From assembly GCA_964478715.1 (NCBI GenBank), contig CAYZIY010000002.1:113068-177067 (forward strand): a DNA stretch of 64,000 bases. Direction: 5' to 3'. This stretch comes from an uncultured Planctomycetales bacterium. Its GTDB lineage: Bacteria > Omnitrophota > Gorgyraeia > Zapsychrales > JBDRMG01. A program made the translations under genes and the position numbers. This document shows, in pieces, positions 40,087-49,351 of this stretch; within the stretch, counting starts at the first letter, position 1, and each line of letters opens with the position of its first letter. The notes below the pieces were generated by a model. It did no database searches, was not told where the DNA came from, and saw nothing but the letters and a program-made list of their open reading frames with translations.

Positions 40087-42837
40087 ATGGCTAAATTTGT
40101 GTATTTTTTTAAAGAAGGAAAGGCAGAAGGAAAGGCAACGATGAAAGATTTGCTAGGCGGTAAGGGCGCCAATCTAGCAGAGATGTCAAATGCGGGTGTG
40201 CCCGTGCCTCCTGGCTTTACGATATCAACGGATGTCTGTGATTACTATTATAGTCATGGGAAAAAATATCCCAAAGGTTTGGACAATGAAATCGACAAGA
40301 ATATCAAGCGATTAGAGAGCGCGTTGAAAATGAGATTTGGGGACAAAAATAATCCTCTTTTGGTGAGTGTCCGCAGCGGCGCTGCCGTTTCCATGCCGGG
40401 CATGATGGATACGGTTTTGAATTTAGGAATCAATGATGATGCCGTCCAAGGCCTGGCAAAAAAAACCGGCAATGAGAGAATGGCCTGGGATTCCTACCGG
40501 CGCTTTATCAATATGTTTGGAGATGTCTGCATGGGTGTTCCGCATGAAGCTTATGAAGAAGAGCTCTCTCGCATCAAGAAAAAATATAATTGTAAGCTCG
40601 ACACGGAATTGACCACGGAGGAATTGAAAGAAGTCGTCGATGCCTATAAAAAGGTTTATCAAAAGCATGTCGGAAGTAGTTTTCCGACAGGCGCACGTGA
40701 ACAGCTGAAGCACGCCATCAAAGCGGTCATCGGTTCCTGGAATATTCCGCGCGCTGTGGCCTATCGAAACATCAATAAACTCGAAGGGCTTAGAGGAACG
40801 GCTGTCAATGTTCAGGCCATGGCATTTGGGAATATGGGAGATCGATCCGGAACAGGGGTAGCTTTTACCCGTAATCCGGCTGACGGGACAAATCGCTTTT
40901 TCGGGGAATACCTGATCAATGCCCAGGGCGAAGATGTTGTAGCCGGTATTCGAACCCCGGATCCGATCGTGACATTGAAAAATAAAATGCCTTCCATTTA
41001 CGATCAGCTTAACAAAATCCGATTAAAACTCGAGAAGCATTATCGCGATATGCAGGATGTAGAATTTACCATTCAGGAAGGACGTTTGTTTATGCTCCAG
41101 ACTCGCACAGGAAAGCGAACAGGTCTGGCCGCTGTTAAGATTGCTGTGGATATGGTAAAGGAAAAATTAATCAGCGATAAGGAAGGTCTTTTAAGGATTG
41201 AAGGGGATCATCTTAATCAACTTCTTTTTCCCATTCTTGATCCTAAAGCCAGGGAACAGGCTCTATCTCAAGAGCGGGTTTTGGCCAAAGGTCTTCCGGC
41301 CGGGCCCGGAGCCGCCAATGGTCAGATTGTCTTTACCGCGGATGAGGCGGTCAAGTGGGTTAAAAGTGGTAAAAAAGTGATCTTGGTGCGTAAAGAGACC
41401 TCTCCAGAAGATGTCAGCGGAATGTGGGCGGCCCGCGCGATTTTAACCTCGACTGGAGGCATGACCTCTCACGCGGCGGTCGTAGCCCGCGGTTGGGGTA
41501 AATGCTGTGTCGTGGGTTGTGGTGCCCTGGAGATTGATTACAAAAGCAAAACAGTTAAAGTGAACGGGCAAACTCTGAATGAGGGTGATGAGATTTCCGT
41601 TGACGGAACGACTGGTGAGGTGATCAAAGGTCATGTTGAGACCTCATCGTCTCCTGTTGTTGCCGGAATTGTTGAGGGAGACAAGGATGCCTTGAATCAT
41701 CCGATTTGTAAAATTTTCCTTGAAGTGATGAAGTGGACCGACAAATATCGAAAAATAAAAGTTCGGACAAATGCTGATTCGCCCAAAGATTCTCAAAATG
41801 CAAGGGCTCTGGGAGCGGAAGGAATCGGTTTATGCCGGACCGAACACATGTTCTTTGAGGGTGAGCGTATTTGGGCTGTCAGGGAAATGATTTTGGCCAA
41901 CGATGAGCCAGGCCGCCAAAAAGCTCTGGATAAGCTGCTTCCTCTCCAAAGGGAAGATTTTGAAGGCATTTTCAAGGCCATGGATGGACTGCCGGTGACA
42001 GTTCGTCTTTTAGATCCGCCTTTGCATGAATTCTTGCCGCACGATGAGAAGGGTCAGCAAGAGATGGCTGGCCGCATGGGAGTTTCTCCTGAAGCGATCA
42101 AATCTAAAGTGGACGGTTTGCATGAAATGAATCCTATGCTAGGGCACCGCGGATGCCGTTTATCGATCACTTATCCCGAGATCTGTAAGATGCAGGTGAC
42201 CGCTATTATGGAAGCGGCCTGCAATCAGGCGAAAAAAGGTGTTAAGGTTTATCCGGAGATCATGATTCCTTTGATCGGCACCAAGGCGGAGTTCGATATT
42301 CTGGAAGAGCTTACCCGTCAGACGGCATCAAATATTGTCAAGAAAAAGAATGCAAAAGTGAGATATCTCGTCGGAACGATGATGGAAATTCCGCGCGCCA
42401 CTTTGATTGCCGATCAGGTTGCCGAGAAAGCGGAGTTTTTTTCATTTGGTACAAACGACTTAACTCAAATGACATTCGGATACAGCCGCGATGATGTGGG
42501 AACATTTTTGCCTGATTATTTGGAGAAGAAAATTGTCAAGACCGATCCCTTTGCCAGTATTGATCAGCAAGGTGTGGGTGAGCTTGTGAAGATCGGTATC
42601 GAAAGGGGGCGTTCGGTTTGCCCTCAATTGAAAATCGGCGTTTGTGGTGAGCACGGCGGTGATCCGGATTCGGTCAAATTTTTTGCCAAGGCTGGCATGG
42701 ATTATGTGAGCTGTTCTCCGTTTCGCGTTCCGATTGCACGCTTGGCAGCCGCTCAGGCAGCTGTTTTGGAAGAAAAGAAATCTAAACCAAAATCCAAGAA
42801 AACAAAAAAAGCGAAGAAAATCAAAAAGAGACGTTAA
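40087..42837 (+). CDS. ppdK: Pyruvate, phosphate dikinase
   Basis: LGGKGANLAEM, SVRSGA, GGMTSHAAVVARG (phospho-His), GLCRTEHMF, GVCGEHGG. Confidence 0.99.
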   Translation: MAKFVYFFKEGKAEGKATMKDLLGGKGANLAEMSNAGVPVPPGFTISTDVCDYYYSHGKKYPKGLDNEIDKNIKRLESALKMRFGDKNNPLLVSVRSGAAVSMPGMMDTVLNLGINDDAVQGLAKKTGNERMAWDSYRRFINMFGDVCMGVPHEAYEEELSRIKKKYNCKLDTELTTEELKEVVDAYKKVYQKHVGSSFPTGAREQLKHAIKAVIGSWNIPRAVAYRNINKLEGLRGTAVNVQAMAFGNMGDRSGTGVAFTRNPADGTNRFFGEYLINAQGEDVVAGIRTPDPIVTLKNKMPSIYDQLNKIRLKLEKHYRDMQDVEFTIQEGRLFMLQTRTGKRTGLAAVKIAVDMVKEKLISDKEGLLRIEGDHLNQLLFPILDPKAREQALSQERVLAKGLPAGPGAANGQIVFTADEAVKWVKSGKKVILVRKETSPEDVSGMWAARAILTSTGGMTSHAAVVARGWGKCCVVGCGALEIDYKSKTVKVNGQTLNEGDEISVDGTTGEVIKGHVETSSSPVVAGIVEGDKDALNHPICKIFLEVMKWTDKYRKIKVRTNADSPKDSQNARALGAEGIGLCRTEHMFFEGERIWAVREMILANDEPGRQKALDKLLPLQREDFEGIFKAMDGLPVTVRLLDPPLHEFLPHDEKGQQEMAGRMGVSPEAIKSKVDGLHEMNPMLGHRGCRLSITYPEICKMQVTAIMEAACNQAKKGVKVYPEIMIPLIGTKAEFDILEELTRQTASNIVKKKNAKVRYLVGTMMEIPRATLIADQVAEKAEFFSFGTNDLTQMTFGYSRDDVGTFLPDYLEKKIVKTDPFASIDQQGVGELVKIGIERGRSVCPQLKIGVCGEHGGDPDSVKFFAKAGMDYVSCSPFRVPIARLAAAQAAVLEEKKSKPKSKKTKKAKKIKKRR

Positions 42838-43658
42838 TGGATCCGGTTAAAGCCTATCTTAGAGAGATTCGCCATATTCCGCTTTTGAGCGCCGAAGAGG
42901 AGCTTAAACTTGCCAAGAAGGTGCAAGAGAGAGATAAAAAGGCGCGGGAGAAGATGATTAATTCCAACCTGCGCCTTGTTATCAGTATTGCCAAGCGGTA
43001 TATGAATTTAGGGATTCCACTAAGCGATCTGATCGAGGAAGGTAATATCGGACTGATGCGCGCGGTTGATAAATTCGATCCGGATAGGGGTTTTCGGTTT
43101 TCCACTTATGCGGCCTGGTGGATCAAACAGGCCGTCTCCCGGGCGATCATTGATCAAGGCAAGATGATCCGCATCCCTGTTTATATGAATGAAGAGATCC
43201 TCAAATGCAAGAAAGTAACCGAAGAATTAACCCACAAACTGAAACGTAAGCCGCGTACTGCCGAAATTGCTAAAAAGCTTGGCGTGGGTGTGGATAAAGT
43301 GCGCGAGCTCAATCAGTGGATTGCCAAGATGAGCTCCCTTGATGCTCCTATCGGCGAAGACGGAGAAGGGCGGGTGAAAGACATCATCGAAGATCAAAGC
43401 CTGATTAGCCCTGACGAACAACTTGAAAGCTTTTTCAACAAGGAACGCACTGCTGATCTTTTGAGCATGATGAGTGAGCGAGAGCGCAAGATTCTGGAAT
43501 TGCGCTTTGGCATTGACGACGGGAATCGTTATACGCTGGCCGAGATTGCCAAACGTATGGGGGTATCCCGTGAACGGATCCGACAGGTGGAAGCAGCCAC
43601 ATTAAAAAAATTAAAGAAACAGCTGAAAAAAATCGACAAAACAAAAGACAAGAAATAA
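42837..43658 (+). CDS. Sigma-70 family RNA polymerase sigma factor (RpoD/RpoS-like, no region 1.1)
   Basis: DPVKAYLREI (1.2), NLRLVISIAK, DLIEEGNIGL, FSTYAAWWIKQ, SLDAPI, VSRERIRQVE. Confidence 0.93.
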   Translation: MDPVKAYLREIRHIPLLSAEEELKLAKKVQERDKKAREKMINSNLRLVISIAKRYMNLGIPLSDLIEEGNIGLMRAVDKFDPDRGFRFSTYAAWWIKQAVSRAIIDQGKMIRIPVYMNEEILKCKKVTEELTHKLKRKPRTAEIAKKLGVGVDKVRELNQWIAKMSSLDAPIGEDGEGRVKDIIEDQSLISPDEQLESFFNKERTADLLSMMSERERKILELRFGIDDGNRYTLAEIAKRMGVSRERIRQVEAATLKKLKKQLKKIDKTKDKK

Positions 43659-43671
43659 CCGGAGACAAGCT

Positions 43672-44544
43672 ATGAATCAGAGCTCATCCTTGCAGGTCGG
43701 AAGAAACAGAACATTCGCATTGGTCATTCCTCGTTTCGAGGATATTTTCCACTCGTTTTATGCCGGTGAGATTATCAAAGGTGTTGGTTTTGCCGCCAGC
43801 CGGATAAAGGTGGATATCTTAATGCACATTACCGATCGTTTTGACCATCACGACTGGATGGAGTCTCCGCTTTTGGATAAGCGCTATATAGACGGATTGA
43901 TATTTGCCGATATCAATAATGATATCAATACGCTCAAAAAAGTTCTTCAAAAAGACATTCCTTATATGGTTTTAAACAATACGTTCGAAGAACCCATAAA
44001 CAGTATATCCGTTAATAATAAGCGGGCTGCCTATGATGTGGTGGAATATCTCATTCGACTCGGTCATAAGAAAATTGCCACGGTGGCTGGTGATCTTTCC
44101 ACTCAGGCCGGAAAATACCGTCTGGATGGTTATAAGGAAGCTTTGACAAAATACAAGATTCCGCTTAATGAAGAATATTTAACCAGCGGGGATTTTTTAA
44201 GAACACCATCCCGGCAGGCAGCGGAGAAACTGCTTAATTTAAAAAATCGTCCCACAGCCATATTTGCCGCTTCAGATGTGATGGCCTTAGAATGTATTGA
44301 TCAGGCCCGGCTGCAAAGCATTTCTGTTCCAGGAGAACTGTCTGTAATCGGCTTTGATGATAATCCGATCAGTTCCTACTGCGCTGTGCCTTTAACAACA
44401 GTTTCTCAGCCGCTTTCGGAAATGGGGCGCTTAGGCGTTGAGCATTTGAATCAGATTATCAATCGGACGGTCAAGGTTCCTGTCAAGGTTCTTTTGCGCA
44501 CCAAATTCGTTAACCGCAAATCTGCCGCGCCTCAGAAATCATAA
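43672..44544 (+). CDS. LacI/GalR-type effector-binding domain without the HTH
   Basis: [14 protein letters not shown] start, [48 protein letters not shown]; 290 aa; no N-terminal HTH. Confidence 0.88.
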   Translation: MNQSSSLQVGRNRTFALVIPRFEDIFHSFYAGEIIKGVGFAASRIKVDILMHITDRFDHHDWMESPLLDKRYIDGLIFADINNDINTLKKVLQKDIPYMVLNNTFEEPINSISVNNKRAAYDVVEYLIRLGHKKIATVAGDLSTQAGKYRLDGYKEALTKYKIPLNEEYLTSGDFLRTPSRQAAEKLLNLKNRPTAIFAASDVMALECIDQARLQSISVPGELSVIGFDDNPISSYCAVPLTTVSQPLSEMGRLGVEHLNQIINRTVKVPVKVLLRTKFVNRKSAAPQKS

Positions 44545-44581
44545 TTTATCTGATATTGAACCAGATAACAAAGGGGAAGTT

Positions 44582-45103
44582 ATGAAAGTCAGTGAACTTA
44601 AAAATATTATTCGCGATGTTCCCGATTTTCCCAAAGAAGGAATTCTGTTTAAAGATATCACCACGCTTTTAAAAGATAAGGATGCTTTTAAGAAGGCCGT
44701 CGACGCTATGGCCAAGGGACATAAAAAGGGAAGCATTGACCAGGTTGTCTGTATCGAATCACGCGGGTTTATTTTCGGAGCCGCTTTGGCTTATAAGCTG
44801 GGAGCAGGTTTTGTGCCGGTGCGAAAAAAAGGAAAGCTTCCAGCGGCTACCCGGCAGATGACCTATGATCTGGAATATGGTACAGACACGCTTGAAATCC
44901 ATGCCGATGCTTTGAGAAAAGGCGAAAGAATTTTGATCGTGGATGATCTTTTGGCTACCGGCGGCACCATGAAGGCGGTAGTGGATTTGTGCAAAGCGAT
45001 GGACGTGGATGTCGGGGGAATCGTCTTTTTGATAGAGCTTCGCTTTTTAAAGGGGAAGAAGAAGCTCAAGGATGTGCCGTTTAAGTCTGTGATTAAGTTT
45101 TAA
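44582..45103 (+). CDS. apt: Adenine phosphoribosyltransferase
   Basis: [40 protein letters not shown]. Confidence 0.97.
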   Translation: MKVSELKNIIRDVPDFPKEGILFKDITTLLKDKDAFKKAVDAMAKGHKKGSIDQVVCIESRGFIFGAALAYKLGAGFVPVRKKGKLPAATRQMTYDLEYGTDTLEIHADALRKGERILIVDDLLATGGTMKAVVDLCKAMDVDVGGIVFLIELRFLKGKKKLKDVPFKSVIKF

Positions 45104-45201
45104 ATAAATTTGATGGCGCCTACTCCTCGTCCGTGAAGCATAAAAGAGGCGGGCTTGGGGTGCGGCGCAAATTTCAAAATATGTAAATATCATAGAAATT
45201 T

Positions 45202-45275
45202 GCGCCTGTAGCTCAGATGGATAGAGCGCGTCCCTCCTAAGGACGATGTCGGAGGTTCGAATCCGCCCAGGCGCA
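45202..45275 (+). tRNA. tRNA-Arg(CCT)
   Basis: Acceptor stem GCGCCTG/CAGGCGC, D arm GCTC...GAGC, anticodon arm CGTCC-CT-CCT-AA-GGACG, T loop GGTTCGAATCC; CCA not encoded. Confidence 0.96.
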
Positions 45276-45648
45276 TAAATGACGTAGCGATTTACGGATT
45301 TGCTGTGAGACTGTTTGGTACGTAAATCGCAGACGGAATTTATCCCGAGTATGCTATTTTGAGTAAAGGACGAGAGGTAGATGGCTTTTTATATTGAAAA
45401 ATCCAAAAAAAAGACCCCTTACAAAAAAACTCAAAAATAATTGACATTCATATAGATATATGAAAAGATACTTCAGTATTATACGCACCACCAGGGATGA
45501 TTCTAATTAGACACAGAAAGGGGGGATGCTCAAAGACAAGTCGGGAATCATCAAATATCTGGAAATCAAAGGATAAGCGCCGGGAAAACCCGGAGTTATA
45601 GATTGGGTTGAAAATACTTATTTCAAAAAAATTATTAAGGAGGAAACA

Positions 45649-47091
45649 ATGAGTCGTAGAATTTTACTTACACTTGCAATGGTCGCGCTCATTGCCATGC
45701 CAGCTCATGCTGCGGTACAGTCCGTGAAGGTCAGCGGCAGCATCGATTCCACATGGCTCGTTCGCGATCAGTTTGATCTCGGTAATGAGACGGTAGGAAT
45801 ATCTTCAGAATTTTACCAAAATCTGCTCATTACCCAGGCCATTCTTCGCATTGATGCTGATCTGACGGACAACGTATCAGCTGTCATCGAGCTCATCAAT
45901 GAAAGAGAATGGGGTGATGAGAGCAATACGGCTGAAGCCGAATCAGATGATGACGAAACAAACAGCACGGTTGATGTTAACTTAGCTTACATCACTTTAA
46001 GAGAAATGCTTTACTCTCCTTTAACTGTGGTGGTTGGTCGTCAGCCGCTTCGTTATGGGAACGGACTCATCATCGGCGATCCGGACACAAACAACGCATC
46101 AACCGGAAGATTAAGAGTTGTGGCCGATGATCTTTCCAAGCGAAAATCATTTGATGCCGTTAAAGCGATCTTTGATTATGATCCGTTGACTATCGATATT
46201 TTCGCTGCCAAAGTGGATGCGAACCAAGTAACGGGTGCCAGCGGCGAAACTACAACTAGTGAAGACGACATTGATCTTTACGGTATTGTCGGTAACTGGA
46301 AGCTTCAGGATGAAAGGAATACCGAGGTAGAAGCATATTTCTTTGCTGAAATTAACGCTGATGCAGAAGAAAATAAAACTGGATCCAAAGCTTCTACTAT
46401 TTATGTTCCTGGTTTAAGGGTTGCGTCTAATCCAATCGAAAATCTTTATACTAGCGCTGAAATTGCCTGGCAGAGTGGAAATTATAATGGCGTTGCTGCT
46501 AGTTCTGGCGACAATCAGCCAAGAAGCGCCATGGCTATTCAGACCATCGGTACCTATGCCATTCCGATCGAGGCCATCGAGCAGTACAGCCCGATTATTT
46601 CCGGTTCCTATACCTGGGTGACCGGTGACAGCAATCCTACAGATACGCAATATGCAAACCAAGCTTCAGAAAACAAGTGGACCGCATGGGATCCGATGTA
46701 TGAAGATCAGGCTGGCGGCAAGATCTATAACTCTATTATGGATTTGACCAACTGCCATATCTACATCACCTCTATCCAGGCCACGCCGTTAGAAGACATT
46801 ACGGCAAAGCTCTCATGGACAGGGCTTTATCTGGACAAAGAGTTTGATGAATCAGCTGGCACAAACACATGGTCAAGAACATTGCCAGACAGCACAACAG
46901 CATTTAACTACAACGTGGCCGTTAATGAAAATCATCTTGGTAATGAGCTTGATTTGGATCTGATGTATGATTATACAGAAGATGTCCAGATCGGTTTTAG
47001 CGCTGGATGGTTCTTCCCTGGCGATGTTTTCACGGATGAAAATCATGACACCGCCAAACAATTCTTAACCAACGTGAATGTTCGTTTCTAA
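45649..47091 (+). CDS. Outer-membrane beta-barrel protein (alginate-export/AlgE-like)
   Basis: Signal peptide (AHA), VGRQPLRYGNG, SFDAVK, alternating beta strands, C-terminal Phe; strong SD. Confidence 0.75.
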   Translation: MSRRILLTLAMVALIAMPAHAAVQSVKVSGSIDSTWLVRDQFDLGNETVGISSEFYQNLLITQAILRIDADLTDNVSAVIELINEREWGDESNTAEAESDDDETNSTVDVNLAYITLREMLYSPLTVVVGRQPLRYGNGLIIGDPDTNNASTGRLRVVADDLSKRKSFDAVKAIFDYDPLTIDIFAAKVDANQVTGASGETTTSEDDIDLYGIVGNWKLQDERNTEVEAYFFAEINADAEENKTGSKASTIYVPGLRVASNPIENLYTSAEIAWQSGNYNGVAASSGDNQPRSAMAIQTIGTYAIPIEAIEQYSPIISGSYTWVTGDSNPTDTQYANQASENKWTAWDPMYEDQAGGKIYNSIMDLTNCHIYITSIQATPLEDITAKLSWTGLYLDKEFDESAGTNTWSRTLPDSTTAFNYNVAVNENHLGNELDLDLMYDYTEDVQIGFSAGWFFPGDVFTDENHDTAKQFLTNVNVRF

Positions 47092-47120
47092 ATCTGCGTT
47101 GAATTAAGAGAGAATAACAG

Positions 47121-47152
47121 GCGCCCCGCACCCGATGGTGCGGGGCGCTTTT
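47121..47152 (+). terminator. Rho-independent terminator
   Basis: GCGCCCCGCACC-CGAT-GGTGCGGGGCGC followed by TTTT. Confidence 0.92.
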
Positions 47153-47304
47153 CTATTTTATTTTCTCGACGAAGAAAAAGGCCTGATTTCCCTAATCCCA
47201 CCGAATAATTTGCTAAAAAAAATAAAATACTGATTTACAAACGATATTCGTCTGTTAAGATAAATTTATTAATAACAATAATGAGTTAAACTGAAAAAGA
47301 AAGA

Positions 47305-47883
47305 ATGACTAAAAACGAAATATACGAACATCTCGCTCGCGTTTATATCGGAAAAACAGGAGGTTCTCAAGAAGAAGACCCCAACAAAAAGCGCAAGAAA
47401 GTCTGGAGTAAAATAGCCTTGATTTGTGTTTTGATTGTAGGCTGCTTCTACGTGTTGACAGCGCTTTTTTCCAGACGCCCTGTTTATTCGGAAAACAAAA
47501 TCAGTTTTGCCTTAAGCAACAGCGCGATCCGCATTCCTTACAATCTTAATGAGCCTTATCCACAGATAAAGAATTTTGCGATCCCAATACCCAAAGTGGA
47601 TGCCTCGAAATATTCTCAGCTGAGCTTTTCGATCCGCGGGCTAGAAGAGGGATTCCCGGGTATCGTCAAAGTCAAAATTACCAACAAACGCAATGAAACT
47701 TCTTTTCATTTTGTCGAAGATGTCAATCTCAAGTGGAAAAGAGTCGCTATTCCCCTCAATGAATTTGACACGATTTCCGACTGGACAAGTCTTTCGGATC
47801 TATCCTTTGTGATTGAAGCCTGGAACGCACAAAAGAAAGAAGGGATTGTGCTGATTGATGATGTGTGCTTCAGCAGTTCATAA
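47305..47883 (+). CDS. Single-pass membrane protein with a galactose-binding-like (CBM11/CIA30-like) domain
   Basis: One TM at about aa 35-55; DASKYSQLSFSIRG, WKRVAIPLNEF, LSFVIE, GIVLIDDVCF beta-sandwich signature. Confidence 0.7.
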   Translation: MTKNEIYEHLARVYIGKTGGSQEEDPNKKRKKVWSKIALICVLIVGCFYVLTALFSRRPVYSENKISFALSNSAIRIPYNLNEPYPQIKNFAIPIPKVDASKYSQLSFSIRGLEEGFPGIVKVKITNKRNETSFHFVEDVNLKWKRVAIPLNEFDTISDWTSLSDLSFVIEAWNAQKKEGIVLIDDVCFSSS

Positions 47884-47918
47884 ACGATTCGTCGTTGGTG
47901 AAAAAGGAGGATTATTAT

Positions 47919-49004
47919 ATGCTTGTAATTTCGATAGCTAATCAAAAAGGCGGATGCGGAAAAACGACCACCGCGATCAATCTGGCCTCATCGCTCTCAA
48001 CCAATGATCGCCGGGTGCTTTTGATTGATCTAGATCCACAGGCACACGCCTCTTTGGGGCTTAATATCGAATCACAGGACAGCATTTATAACGTGATTTC
48101 CAAGCTGTCTCCGCGAAGGATGAAAATCAAAGATATTATCCGCCCTGTCAGAGAAAAATTTGATTTGGTCCCTTCCAACATTCTGGTAGGAACACTCGAG
48201 CAAGAACTGACCGATGAAATTGGCCGGGAAATTAAGCTCACTGAAATTATCGAAACGATCAAAGACAATTATGACTACATCATCATTGACTGTCCGCCTT
48301 CATTGGGTTTTCTTTCGGTAAATGCGATCAGGGCCAGTCAGCAGGTCATCGTTCCTGTAGAACCATCGCGTTTCTCCATGCAGGGTGTGGATCGCCTGAT
48401 GGATATTGTCCATTTGATCCGTGACCGTCTCGGCCATCAAGTGGATTGCAGGGTTTTGATCACGATGTTCGACTCCCGTCTTCGGCATTGTTTTGTCATG
48501 AAAGACCGGATCAATGAGAAATTTCGGGACATGAGTTTTCAATCTATAATTCACATCAATGTCAAACTTAAGGAATCGGTTTTTAACGGGAAGACAGTCA
48601 GCGACTATGATAAATACTGCCGTGGATCTAAAGACTACTACAGTCTGGCCAAGGAATTGATGACATTAAACAACGATACTAAGATCAATGTCCGGCCCTT
48701 ATCGAACAAAATGAAAAAGCTGATCAAGGAAAAGACGAAAGAATTACGTGATACGGTTTTTGTGCTGGAAGCTCCCCAAGCGCGCTCTGTGTATGTCACC
48801 GGTTCTTTCAACGATTGGTCGTTGGATGAAACATTCCGAATGAAGAAAGATAACGGCAAATGGGTGCTGAGAGCTCCCTTGCGAAACGGCGTGCATCGTT
48901 ATCGGTTTATTATCGATGGAAGATGGCAAGAAGATCCCTCTAATTCGAGAATCGAAAAAAATCCTTTTGGAGATTTAAATAGCATTATCGAGGTTAAAGG
49001 ATGA
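47919..49004 (+). CDS. ParA/Soj family ATPase fused to a C-terminal CBM48/AMPK-beta-like glycogen-binding domain
   Basis: NQKGGCGKTTT, IDLDPQ, IIDCPP; C-terminal APQARSVYVTGSFNDW...GVHRYRFIIDGRWQEDP...NPFGDLNS; SD AAGGAGG. Confidence 0.9.
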   Translation: MLVISIANQKGGCGKTTTAINLASSLSTNDRRVLLIDLDPQAHASLGLNIESQDSIYNVISKLSPRRMKIKDIIRPVREKFDLVPSNILVGTLEQELTDEIGREIKLTEIIETIKDNYDYIIIDCPPSLGFLSVNAIRASQQVIVPVEPSRFSMQGVDRLMDIVHLIRDRLGHQVDCRVLITMFDSRLRHCFVMKDRINEKFRDMSFQSIIHINVKLKESVFNGKTVSDYDKYCRGSKDYYSLAKELMTLNNDTKINVRPLSNKMKKLIKEKTKELRDTVFVLEAPQARSVYVTGSFNDWSLDETFRMKKDNGKWVLRAPLRNGVHRYRFIIDGRWQEDPSNSRIEKNPFGDLNSIIEVKG

Positions 49005-49330
49005 CAGCAAATAGGAAATCTAAACCAGAAACCATCAAGGAAGGTAAAATCTTTGCCCTGTTGGCTTATCTGTCGATTTTATGTATCATTCCTCTGGTCC
49101 TTAAAAAAGAAAATGACTTTGTTCTTTCCCATGGGAAGCAAGGGCTTGTTTTATTTATCGGTGAAGTGATTATTTTTATCATTAGCATGGTGCCGTTTCT
49201 CTCCTGGATGCTCAAAACCGGGCTGTTTATCCTTTTTGTCCTTTCCCTGTGGGGCATGATTGAAGTTCTTAAGGGCCGCTACATCAAGCTTCCCATTGTT
49301 GCCGAAATCGCCGAGAAAATAACACTTTAA
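49001..49330 (+). CDS. DUF4870-like small membrane protein
   Basis: ALLAYL..IIPL...FVLSHGKQGLVLF...G..IKLPIV; 3 TM helices; 4-nt overlap with the ParA fusion gene. Confidence 0.75.
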   Translation: MTANRKSKPETIKEGKIFALLAYLSILCIIPLVLKKENDFVLSHGKQGLVLFIGEVIIFIISMVPFLSWMLKTGLFILFVLSLWGMIEVLKGRYIKLPIVAEIAEKITL

Positions 49331-49351
49331 TTTTCAGGATGGCTACCCAAC

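Noticed and set aside
38750-42837. Alpha2-type GlyRS next to ppdK
   Set aside because: Homodimeric GlyRS is common in many bacteria and GlyRS-ppdK linkage is a known arrangement
45276-45440. Integrated element at tRNA-Arg
   Set aside because: No integrase and no duplicated tRNA 3' end seen; the short ORF MAFYIEKS... is too short to assign
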